From assembly GCA_050183815.1 (NCBI GenBank), contig JBFXAY010000004.1, forward strand, positions 67,051 to 131,050: a stretch of DNA of 64,000 nt, given 5' to 3'. This DNA comes from Gemmatimonadales bacterium (GTDB lineage: Bacteria; Gemmatimonadota; Gemmatimonadetes; Gemmatimonadales; GWC2-71-9). The translations under genes were made by a program, and so were the position numbers. Positions 21,934 through 30,263 of the stretch are shown here, in pieces (the stretch's first letter is position 1; every line of letters starts with the position of its first letter). A model generated the notes under the pieces. The model worked only from the letters and a program-made list of their open reading frames with translations, searched no databases and was not told the DNA's origin.

Positions 21934-22395
21934 ATGGCCGGCCGCCGCCGCGTCGGGCTGTTGACCATTCGACGCCTCCTTTGCATTGTATCGCGAGCGG
22001 CGCTCGGGCTCGCGGCCGCCGGATGCGGTCCCGGCGCCCCGGCCGAAGCACCGCCGGCGCCGGCCGCCGTGGTCGAGCTGCCGGCCGGTCCGGTGGTCCG
22101 TCGGGAGATCGGTTTCCGGACCCCGCGCCATCTGAGCGACCACTTTCAGAAGCACGGCGGCGAGTTCCCCGGCTTCACGAAGGCGGAGTACCTCGCGGCG
22201 GCCCAGAATCTTCGGGACGCAGCGCTGAGCGAGTCGGTTCTGGAACTCAACCGCCCGGACGGGACCGGGAGCCGGTTCGACCGGCGGACCGGGGCGTTCG
22301 TGGCCTTCGATCCGGACGGCACCATCCGGACCTTTTTCAAACCGTTCGACGGCGAGGCGTACTTCCGACGTCAAGCGCGACGGAGACAGGAATGA
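21934..22395 (+). CDS. Hypothetical lipoprotein with H-x2-K-H-G-x-E-F motif (candidate secreted nuclease/toxin-like protein)
   Basis: ATG 21934 lies 2 nt after the AKR stop. Signal peptide with lipobox (RRRVGLL...LGLAAAGC). C-terminal domain RHLSDHFQKHGGEFPGFTKAEYLAAAQNL...GAFVAFDPDGTIRTFFKP. High GC3. Confidence 0.6.
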   Translation: MAGRRRVGLLTIRRLLCIVSRAALGLAAAGCGPGAPAEAPPAPAAVVELPAGPVVRREIGFRTPRHLSDHFQKHGGEFPGFTKAEYLAAAQNLRDAALSESVLELNRPDGTGSRFDRRTGAFVAFDPDGTIRTFFKPFDGEAYFRRQARRRQE

Positions 22396-22808
22396 CGACC
22401 CAACAACCCGACCGAGTCCGGCAGTACCTGCGGCGCAGAGGCTGTACTCCCAGCGTGGTCAAAGGCGGCCTTGACGGCCTGCTGAGCCACTGGGAGAGCC
22501 TCGTCGCCGCGGTCGAGGACGGCTACGACCTCACCTTCGACGACTACCTCAACGACATGGACTTGCGGGACATCCTGGCGGGGGCCCTCGAGGTCGCCGC
22601 GGCGGACGACCGCGCCGCGGCGGAAAGGAGAATCGAGAAGCTCGACCGCCGGTTCCACTCGCTTACGGTCGAGTGCGGCCCGATCTGGGGCGAGACCGCC
22701 GCCCGGGAGAACGGCCACGATTCGAACGACCAGTGGTGGTACTTCCGCCGGCCGAAGCGGCCCGCGCCGGATTTCGAAGAGGAGCTCCGCGAAGCGGGAC
22801 TTGTCTGA
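22392..22808 (+). CDS. Hypothetical acidic cytoplasmic protein, translationally coupled to the upstream lipoprotein gene
   Basis: ATGA start/stop overlap at 22392-22395. 138 aa with no signal peptide and acidic stretches (EDGYDLTFDDYLNDMDLRD). Confidence 0.6.
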   Translation: MTTQQPDRVRQYLRRRGCTPSVVKGGLDGLLSHWESLVAAVEDGYDLTFDDYLNDMDLRDILAGALEVAAADDRAAAERRIEKLDRRFHSLTVECGPIWGETAARENGHDSNDQWWYFRRPKRPAPDFEEELREAGLV

Positions 22809-23202
22809 TCCGGCACCGGTTCTTCTCTACGACGGCGTCTGTGCGCTCTGCAACGGCACCGTACGCACGATCCTCCGGAGCGATCCCGGCGGATCGATGC
22901 GGTTCGCGGCGCTCGACAGCCGGACCGGCCGCGAACTCCTGGCCGCGCACCCGGAACTCGCCGGCATCGACTCGGTCGTCCTGATCGAGGGAAGCCGGGC
23001 GTCGGTGCGGTCCACGGCCATTCTCCGGGTCGCGCGATACCTCGGCGGGTTCTGGCGACTGCTCCTCGTGGGCTACCTGCTTCCCCGGGAAATCCGGGAC
23101 TCCCTGTACGACGTGGTCGCCTACTGGCGCTACCGGGCCTTCGGCAAGTACGACACCTGCCCGATCCCTCCGGCCGGCCAGCGCGAGCGGTTTCTTCCCT
23201 GA
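22801..23202 (+). CDS. DCC-family thiol-disulfide oxidoreductase (DUF393)
   Basis: N-terminal LLYDGVCALCNG motif characteristic of the DCC1-like family. TTG start overlaps the upstream stop by 8 nt. Confidence 0.8.
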   Translation: MSDPAPVLLYDGVCALCNGTVRTILRSDPGGSMRFAALDSRTGRELLAAHPELAGIDSVVLIEGSRASVRSTAILRVARYLGGFWRLLLVGYLLPREIRDSLYDVVAYWRYRAFGKYDTCPIPPAGQRERFLP

Positions 23203-24251
23203 TGCCGCCGGTCGGCGCCTCGGTCTTCGCGACCCCGCGGCTCCGGATCCGCCGTTGGCGCCGCGACGACCTGCCGCTGGCCCGGCAGCTTTGGGGTGAC
23301 CCCGAGGTCACCCGGTTTATCGACGCCCGCAGCACGCTTCCGCCCGAAGCGATCCTCGAACGCCTCGACACCGAGATCGCCACCGAGGCCGGCTCCGGCG
23401 TGCAGTACTGGCCCCTATTCCTGCGGGAAACCGGCGAGTTCGTCGGCTGCGCCGGACTCCGGCCCCGACCGCCGGCCGGCTCGCCCAACCGACCGGCCCT
23501 CGTCTACGAACTCGGCTTCCATCTCCGGCCGACCTTCCGTGGCCGGGGACTGGCCCTCGAAGCGGCGCACGCCGCGGCCCGGCAGGCATTCGACATCCTC
23601 GGCGCCACGGCCCTGTTCGCCGGCCATCACCCGGACAACGAGCGGTCCCGATTGCTCCTCGAGCGCCTCGGCTTCCGTTTCACGCACCGGGAACGCTATC
23701 CCCCGACCGGCCTCGACCATCCGTCATATCGGTGCGAACCGACCGACCTCGTGAACGCAGGGCCCGTCCTCCGCGCGATGCGGGCCGCGGACTGGCCTGC
23801 GGTGAAATCCATCTATGAAGCCGGGCTCGCCGAGCAGGCGCCGACCTACCGGAACGTCCATCCGGACCGGGACGCCTGGGTGCACGCTCACCCGGGGCCG
23901 CAACTCGTCGCCACCCTGGCCGGAGCGGTCGTCGGCTGGGCTGCGCTGGGACGATTGCCGGCCGCCACGGACGCCGACCCGGCCGCGGCCGTCTACGTGG
24001 CCGAGGCGTACCGGGGCCGGGGGCTCGGCGCCCTGCTGCTCGACGAGTTGCTCGCCGCGGCGCGGGATGCCGGTCTCGTCCCCGTGTTCGCGAGCGTCTT
24101 CACCAACAACGCCGCCAGCCTTCGGCTCCTCGACCGGGCCGGGTTCCGCCGGTTTCGGACTGAACCCCGCCCGCCGGACTTCAACGGCAACTGGTTGGAG
24201 ACGGAGCTTCGGGTCTGGAGGGCGGAAACCCCCGCAACGCCCGCCCCGTAG
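23202..24251 (+). CDS. Tandem GNAT N-acetyltransferase (RimJ/RimL-like N-domain + phosphinothricin-acetyltransferase-like C-domain)
   Basis: Two acetyl-CoA motifs: FRGRGLALEAAHAA and YRGRGLGALLLDELLAAA. The start shares 1 nt with the upstream stop (TGATG). Confidence 0.8.
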   Translation: MPPVGASVFATPRLRIRRWRRDDLPLARQLWGDPEVTRFIDARSTLPPEAILERLDTEIATEAGSGVQYWPLFLRETGEFVGCAGLRPRPPAGSPNRPALVYELGFHLRPTFRGRGLALEAAHAAARQAFDILGATALFAGHHPDNERSRLLLERLGFRFTHRERYPPTGLDHPSYRCEPTDLVNAGPVLRAMRAADWPAVKSIYEAGLAEQAPTYRNVHPDRDAWVHAHPGPQLVATLAGAVVGWAALGRLPAATDADPAAAVYVAEAYRGRGLGALLLDELLAAARDAGLVPVFASVFTNNAASLRLLDRAGFRRFRTEPRPPDFNGNWLETELRVWRAETPATPAP

Positions 24252-24281
24252 TCGGACTGCAGTCCCGACCGGAGCGGCCCG

Positions 24282-24596
24282 ATGAACGAAGAAATCCTGA
24301 TCCTCGGCCTTCTCGTGATCACGGCGGTGTCCTCGTCGGTGGCGATGATCGCCGCCGTAGCGTGGTGGCGCGCCGCCCGGCGGGCCCAGCAGTTCCAGGA
24401 TCACTTCCTCCAGGGCGGCCGTCCGCCGGTCGCCGCCGACGTCGAGTCCCTCCTGGCCCGGGTGGACAACCTGACCTCGCGGGTCGAACAGCTGGCCGAC
24501 GGTCACCACTTCCTCTGCCGGCTGCTGAGCCGGCAGCGCAGCCTCGCTCCGATCACTCCGGCGAACGGGTCGCTCCCCGCGCGCACCCCGCACTGA
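24282..24596 (+). CDS. Small single-pass membrane protein, unknown function
   Basis: N-terminal TM ILILGLLVITAVSSSVAMIAAVAWW followed by a helical tail (LLARVDNLTSRVEQLADGHHFLCRLL). High GC3. Confidence 0.5.
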   Translation: MNEEILILGLLVITAVSSSVAMIAAVAWWRAARRAQQFQDHFLQGGRPPVAADVESLLARVDNLTSRVEQLADGHHFLCRLLSRQRSLAPITPANGSLPARTPH

Positions 24597-24707
24597 CCGG
24601 CCGCGGCACCGTATCGCTGCTCCGCAGCCGCCGGATCCCATTGGCGGTTCCGGAGGAGACTGGTACGTTGTTCCCGTGGGAAATCCCCCGAGCAACCAGA
24701 GGATGGA

Positions 24708-25535
24708 GTGACGATGACCAGACAGATGCTGCTGGCCGCGGCCGGCGCGATCGCGCTGGCCGGCTGTGGCAAGGCCGAGTCCGGCCGGTCCGAAGCGGCC
24801 GCCCCGAAGGTCGAGACGCGTGAGGTCGAGTACCAGCTCAACGGCGAGACCCTGAAGGGCTTCATGGCCTGGGACGCGAACGCCACGGACAAGCGTCCGG
24901 GCGTCGTCGTGGTGCACGAATGGTGGGGCCACAACGAGCACGCCCGGAACCAGGCCCGGCGGCTCGCCGAGGCCGGCTATCCGGCGTTCGCGCTCGACAT
25001 GTACGGGAACGGCCAGTCCACCCAGCACCCCGACACGGCCCAGGCGCTGATGATGGCGGCGATGTCGGACCCGGCCAAGCTGGTGGCTCGCTTCACCGCG
25101 GCGCTCGAGCAGCTCCGGCAGGATCCCCACGTGGATCCCGAGCGGATCGCGGCCATCGGCTACTGTTTCGGCGGCGCCGTCGTACTCAGCATGGCCCGCG
25201 CCGGAACGGACCTCGATGCGGTGGCGAGTTTCCACGGCGCGCTCGCCGGTCTCACGCCGGCCGATTCCGGCAACGTGAAGGCCCGGATCCTGGTGATGAC
25301 CGGGGCAGCCGATCCGTTCGTGCCGGCCGAGCAGGTCGAGGCCTTCCGGCAGGAGATGACCTCGGCCGGCGCCGGGGACCGGACCACGATCATCAGCTAC
25401 CCCGGCGCCAAGCACGGGTTCACCAACCCGGACGCGGCCAGCTTCGGCATGGACGCCCTGGCCTACGACGCCACTGCCGACCAGCAGTCATGGGCCGAGA
25501 TGCTCAAGATGTTCGGGGAGGTTTTCGGCCGCTGA
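24708..25535 (+). CDS. Dienelactone hydrolase family lipoprotein
   Basis: Lipobox AIALAGCGK. VVVVHEWWG. Nucleophile motif IGYCFGG. C-terminal YPGAKHGF. Confidence 0.85.
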   Translation: MTMTRQMLLAAAGAIALAGCGKAESGRSEAAAPKVETREVEYQLNGETLKGFMAWDANATDKRPGVVVVHEWWGHNEHARNQARRLAEAGYPAFALDMYGNGQSTQHPDTAQALMMAAMSDPAKLVARFTAALEQLRQDPHVDPERIAAIGYCFGGAVVLSMARAGTDLDAVASFHGALAGLTPADSGNVKARILVMTGAADPFVPAEQVEAFRQEMTSAGAGDRTTIISYPGAKHGFTNPDAASFGMDALAYDATADQQSWAEMLKMFGEVFGR

Positions 25536-25552
25536 GCGGCCGCCCCACAGCC

Positions 25553-25586
25553 AGGGAGTAATACAACGATCGTTGTATTACTCCCT
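25553..25586. promoter_or_regulatory. Perfect 34-bp palindrome upstream of fadA-fadB (candidate operator and/or terminator)
   Basis: AGGGAGTAATACAACGA|TCGTTGTATTACTCCCT has 17+17 nt with no mismatch and an AT-rich core in a GC-rich genome. It lies 17 nt after the hydrolase stop and 56 nt before the thiolase ATG. Confidence 0.55.
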
Positions 25587-25642
25587 GCCGCCCCGCTCCT
25601 TCGCCGAGTAGATTCGGGTCCATCCCTGCTCGGTCGTTCCCA

Positions 25643-26854
25643 ATGACAGACGCTTTCATTCTGGACGCCGCCCGGACCCCGCGAGGCCGGGGCAAACCGG
25701 ACGGCGCCCTCCACGAAGTGGCCCCCGTCGAGATCGCCGCGACCCCGCTGCGGGCCCTCCAGGCCCGCCACCGCTTCGACACGGCACAGGTCGAAGACGT
25801 GATCATGGGCTGTGTCGACGCGGTCAAGGACGAAGCCGGCGTCGGCCGCTGGTCGGTCCTGGCCGCCGGCTACGACGAGCGGGTCCCGGCCACGGTGATC
25901 AACCGCTATTGCGGCTCCGGACTCGAGGCGGTGAATCTGATCGCGGCCAAGATCATCTCCGGCCAGATCGACCTCGGGATCGGGGGCGGCGTCGAGCAGA
26001 TGTCGCGGATTCCGATGCTCTCGTCCGGTTTCGCCCCCGCCGCCGACCCGCTGCTCGCGACGGACTTTCTCTTCGTCCCTCAAGGCGTTTCGGCAGACCT
26101 GATCGCCACGCGGGCCGGGTTCAGCCGCGCGGACCTCGACGGCGTTGCCGTCGAATCGCAGCGGCGCGCCAAGCGAGCCTGGGACGAAGGCCGCTTCAGC
26201 CGCTCGATCGTCCCGGTGACCGACCGGAACGGCCTCACCATTCTCGACCGGGACGAGCACCTCCGGCCCGAGTCCACCCTCGAGAGCCTCGGCACACTCG
26301 AACCGTCGTTCGCCAAGCTCAGCCGGATGGCGGGCTTCGAGCGGGTCGTGCTCCACCGGTACCCCGAGATTGAGCGGCTCGAGTACTTCCACCACGCGGG
26401 CAATTCGAGCGGCATCGTGGACGGCGCTGGCATGGTGCTCCTCGGCAGCCGCGAGGGCGCCGGGCGCGCCGGCGTCGTGCCGCGAGCCCGGATCCGGTCC
26501 TTTGCCGCCTGTGCCGGCGACCCGACGATCATGCTCACGATGCCGGCGGAGTGCTGCCGCATCGCCCTCCGGAAGGCGGGGATGTCGGTCGCGGACATCG
26601 ACCTCTGGGAGATCAACGAGGCCTTCGCCTCGGTGGTGCTCTTCTTCCGACGGGAACTGGGGCTGTCGCCCGAGATCGTCAACGTCAACGGCGGCGCGAT
26701 CGCCATGGGGCATCCCCTCGGCGCCACCGGGGCGATGATTCTCGGCACCCTGGTGGACGAGCTCGAACGCCAGAACAAGACGACCGGCGTCGCCACGCTC
26801 TGCGTGGCCGGCGGCATGGCGGTCGCGACCGTGATCGAGAGGGTCGGCCGATGA
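25643..26854 (+). CDS. fadA: Acetyl-CoA C-acyltransferase (3-ketoacyl-CoA thiolase)
   Basis: Active-site Cys context NRYCGSGLEAV. C-terminal NVNGGAIAMGHPLGATG and CVAGGMA. Confidence 0.9.
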   Translation: MTDAFILDAARTPRGRGKPDGALHEVAPVEIAATPLRALQARHRFDTAQVEDVIMGCVDAVKDEAGVGRWSVLAAGYDERVPATVINRYCGSGLEAVNLIAAKIISGQIDLGIGGGVEQMSRIPMLSSGFAPAADPLLATDFLFVPQGVSADLIATRAGFSRADLDGVAVESQRRAKRAWDEGRFSRSIVPVTDRNGLTILDRDEHLRPESTLESLGTLEPSFAKLSRMAGFERVVLHRYPEIERLEYFHHAGNSSGIVDGAGMVLLGSREGAGRAGVVPRARIRSFAACAGDPTIMLTMPAECCRIALRKAGMSVADIDLWEINEAFASVVLFFRRELGLSPEIVNVNGGAIAMGHPLGATGAMILGTLVDELERQNKTTGVATLCVAGGMAVATVIERVGR

Positions 26855-28983
26855 CCACCCACGTGACCACCGAAATCGCGCCCGACGGCATCGCGACGCT
26901 CACCTGGAACTCGCCCGGGGCCGCGCCGAACACGTTCAACGCCGAGTCGATCGCCGAGCTCACCACGGCCATCGACGCGGTGATGGCCGACGCGGCGGTG
27001 CGCGGCATCGTGATCACCTCCGCCAAGGCGGACTTCATCGTCGGCGCGGATCTGACGATGCTGCAGCGGGCCGCGGCGCTTCCGCGCGAGGAGTTCTTCG
27101 GGCAGGTCCGCCGGATGCAGACGCTCTTCCGGACGATCGAGACCTGCGGCAAACCGGTGATCGCCGCGCTCAATGGTACGGCGGTCGGCGGCGGTTTCGA
27201 ACTGGCCCTCGCGTGCCACGCGCGGATTGCAGCGGACCATCCCGCGGTGCGGGTCGGACTGCCGGAGGTCAGCCTCGGTCTGCTGCCCGGTGCCGGTGGA
27301 ACCCAACGACTTCCCCGGCTCATCGGCCTCCGGGAAGCGCTCGGACTGATCACCCAGGGCAAGACGATCCCCGTCCGGAAGGCGCTCGAACTCGGCATGC
27401 TCACCGAGGTTGCCAACCCGCAGGTCCTGCTCGAGCGGGCCCGGGAGCTCGCCCGCACGACCGATCCGGTGCAACCATGGGATCGGAAGGGCTACCGGAT
27501 TCCCGGCGGCGAGGTGCAGTCGCCGGGCGGGCTCGAGACCTTCGTCGGCGGCAATGCGATGATCACCCGGGAGACCTGGGGCAACTACCCGGCGCCGCGA
27601 CTCGCGGCATACGCGATCTACCACGGGGCCCAGCTGCCGATCGACCAGGGGCTCAAGATCGAGGCCCGCGGGTTCGTCGAACTGGTCATGAATCCGCTCA
27701 CCCAGAACATGGTTCGGACGCTCTTCTTCAGCCTGGGCGAAGCGCGGCGGCTCAAGGCCCGCCCGAAGAGCCCGCCGACGATGATCTTCGGCCGGATCGG
27801 CGTGCTTGGCGCGGGCCTGATGGGCCACGGCATCGCCCACGCGGCGGCCACCAGCGGCATCGAGGTGGTCCTGCTCGACGCCGAGCTCGCCGCCGCGGAG
27901 CGAGGCAAGGCCCGAGTCGGGGAGATCCTCGCCGCCGCCGTGGCCAAGGGCCGGCTGAAGGAGAGCGCGGCGGCCGCGGTGCTCGAACGGATCCGGCCGG
28001 CCGCCGACTATCGGGCCCTGACCGGCTGCCAACTGGTCGTGGAGGCCGTGTTCGAGAAGCGGGAAATCAAGGCGGAGGTCACCTCGCGGGCGGAGTCGGT
28101 GCTCGCGCCGGACGCGCTGTTCGCCACCAACACGTCGACCCTGCCGATCTCAGGCCTGGCCGAGGCAAGCATCCGACCGGAGCAGTTCATCGGGCTGCAC
28201 TTCTTCTCGCCGGTGGAGAAGATGCAACTGGTGGAGGTGATCCTCGGCGACCGGACCTCGGAAACGACGCTGGCCCAATCACTCGACTTCGTGAAGGCGA
28301 TCGGCAAGGTGCCGGTCGTCGTCCGCGACGGCCGCGGCTTCTTCACGAGCCGGGTGTTCGGCACCTACGTCACCGAGGGCATGGCGATGCTGGCGGACGG
28401 CGTCGATCCGCGACTGATCGACAACGGCGGCCGCCTCGCCGGCATGCCGATGGGACCGCTCACCGTGGCCGACATGGTGAACATCGACCTCTCGGCGAAG
28501 ATCAAGGCGCAGGCCCGGGCCGACCTGGGCGATCGCTACGTCGAATCGCCGGCGGATCGGGTGATCGACTTCATGGTGGCAGCCGGACGGTTTGGACAGA
28601 AAACCAAGGCGGGGTTTTTCGACTATCCGGACGGCGGCGAGAAGCGGCTCTGGCCGGACCTGACCAGCCACTTTCCTCCGGCCGCCGAGCAGCCGGGCCT
28701 CGCCCTGGTAAAGCGGCGCCTGCTCCACATCCAGGCGATCGAGACGCTTCGCTGTCTCGAAGAAGGCATCGTGACCCGGCCGCAGGACGCCGATGTCGGA
28801 TCGATTCTCGGCTGGGGCTTCTGCCCGTTCTACGGCGGCGTGGCCTCCTACGTCGACACCGTCGGGGCCGCGACCCTCGCCGCCGAGTGCGATGATCTCG
28901 CTGACCGGCATGGCGAACGGTTCCGGCCGCCCGCCCTGCTGCGCTCGCTCGCAGCCGAGGGCCGGACGCTGTACGGGACATGA
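26851..28983 (+). CDS. fadB: Multifunctional enoyl-CoA hydratase / 3-hydroxyacyl-CoA dehydrogenase
   Basis: ATGA overlap with fadA. Crotonase motif ALNGTAVGGGFELALAC. NAD-binding VLGAGLMGHGIA. HFFSPVEKMQLVEV. Confidence 0.9.
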   Translation: MTTHVTTEIAPDGIATLTWNSPGAAPNTFNAESIAELTTAIDAVMADAAVRGIVITSAKADFIVGADLTMLQRAAALPREEFFGQVRRMQTLFRTIETCGKPVIAALNGTAVGGGFELALACHARIAADHPAVRVGLPEVSLGLLPGAGGTQRLPRLIGLREALGLITQGKTIPVRKALELGMLTEVANPQVLLERARELARTTDPVQPWDRKGYRIPGGEVQSPGGLETFVGGNAMITRETWGNYPAPRLAAYAIYHGAQLPIDQGLKIEARGFVELVMNPLTQNMVRTLFFSLGEARRLKARPKSPPTMIFGRIGVLGAGLMGHGIAHAAATSGIEVVLLDAELAAAERGKARVGEILAAAVAKGRLKESAAAAVLERIRPAADYRALTGCQLVVEAVFEKREIKAEVTSRAESVLAPDALFATNTSTLPISGLAEASIRPEQFIGLHFFSPVEKMQLVEVILGDRTSETTLAQSLDFVKAIGKVPVVVRDGRGFFTSRVFGTYVTEGMAMLADGVDPRLIDNGGRLAGMPMGPLTVADMVNIDLSAKIKAQARADLGDRYVESPADRVIDFMVAAGRFGQKTKAGFFDYPDGGEKRLWPDLTSHFPPAAEQPGLALVKRRLLHIQAIETLRCLEEGIVTRPQDADVGSILGWGFCPFYGGVASYVDTVGAATLAAECDDLADRHGERFRPPALLRSLAAEGRTLYGT

Positions 28984-30263
28984 ACCGCTCGGCGCTGCTC
29001 GCGATTGCCGTTCTCCTGGCCGGTTGCGGGAGTCGCGGTGAGGGGCCCTCGATCCGCACCGTGGCGTTGCCCTCGCCGCCCGGCCAGGCGGTCGTCGTCG
29101 AGCCGCACGTTGCCGTCGATCCGGCGCGGCCGAACCGGATCGTGGTCGGCGCGCAGTACGGCGCCGGCTACAACCGGGGCGGCCGGGGCGTGTTCAGCTG
29201 GGGGTCGGACGACGGCGGTCGCACCTGGACCGGACGCGATCTTCCCCTCCCCCGCGCCGATGCGACGCTCGCGGCGGACGCGGTCACCGGTTTCGATGGC
29301 GACGGCCGGCCGCTGATCACCTACCTCTACGCCGACACCGCCTTCACGGGCGGCGCCGTCGTCACCCGCGGACGGGGGAACACGCTCGAGTTCGGACCTG
29401 CCGTACCGATCGCCCGAGGGTCCCTGAGCGGCGAGGGCGCCATCGACAAGGGTTGGCTTGCGGTCGACCACAGCCGGGTCAGTCCGTTCGCCGGCACGAT
29501 CTACCTGACCTATCATCACATCAAGTTTCATCCCGACGGATCCCCCGACCCGTCGTTCTGGCTCCGGGCCGCCCGGGACCTTCGGAGCCAGCCGTCCGAA
29601 CCGATCCGGATCGCTTCGCGGTTCGGCGGGCAGATCGCAGTGCGGGCCGACGGCGGCCTGGACGCGGCGTATCTGGAGACCGCGTCCGACGGGATTCTGA
29701 TCCGCTCGAGCGGGGACGGCGGCCGAACGTTCGGTGCCGAGGAAGCGGTCGTTCGCACGCCGGGCCGGGAGATCGATCTCGTCTCGATCGCCGCGACGAA
29801 CGACACCACGATCGTGTGCTGGGCCGAGCGGGCCACCGGCACCGATGAGGACCGCGCGGCCCGATGCACGCTCCGCGCGGGCGAGCGCGCCTGGAGCGCC
29901 CCCTCCGCGATCGACTCGGCTCGACCGGGACTGGCCTTCCCCGCCGTGGCGGCGGGAGCGTCGGGGATCTGGGTGCTCGGCTACTGGGCCGGGAGCGACT
30001 CGACCGAGGTGCGGCTCTATCGCTCCACCGACGGCGGTCGTTCGTTCGGATCCTACGCCGTGCTCGCGGCCCGCGGATTCGGCCTGACGAGCTTCTGCCC
30101 GGCGGCGCTCGCGCCCTGTCGCCAGGACCCGGCCCGGTTCTTCCCGGGCGACTACGCCGGCCTCACCGTCGCAACCGGTGTGGTCGTCGCGGTGTTCGCG
30201 CTGCCGGAGACCGACGACCCCGCCGGACCGTCGGTCATCTTCGCGAGCGTGGTCCGCCCCTGA
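28980..30263 (+). CDS. BNR/Asp-box (sialidase-fold) lipoprotein
   Basis: Lipobox VLLAGCGS. Asp-boxes SDDGGRTW, SGDGGRTF, STDGGRSF. ATGA overlap with the fadB stop. Confidence 0.75.
   Translation: MNRSALLAIAVLLAGCGSRGEGPSIRTVALPSPPGQAVVVEPHVAVDPARPNRIVVGAQYGAGYNRGGRGVFSWGSDDGGRTWTGRDLPLPRADATLAADAVTGFDGDGRPLITYLYADTAFTGGAVVTRGRGNTLEFGPAVPIARGSLSGEGAIDKGWLAVDHSRVSPFAGTIYLTYHHIKFHPDGSPDPSFWLRAARDLRSQPSEPIRIASRFGGQIAVRADGGLDAAYLETASDGILIRSSGDGGRTFGAEEAVVRTPGREIDLVSIAATNDTTIVCWAERATGTDEDRAARCTLRAGERAWSAPSAIDSARPGLAFPAVAAGASGIWVLGYWAGSDSTEVRLYRSTDGGRSFGSYAVLAARGFGLTSFCPAALAPCRQDPARFFPGDYAGLTVATGVVVAVFALPETDDPAGPSVIFASVVRP

Noticed and set aside
26080-28032. 650-aa minus-strand ORF over fadA/fadB, and similar long ORFs (1507-3603, 18659-20212, 60497-62461, 23724-25415)
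   Set aside because: All are antisense or out of frame relative to genes with clear catalytic motifs. Their translations are R/G/P/A-rich without motifs.
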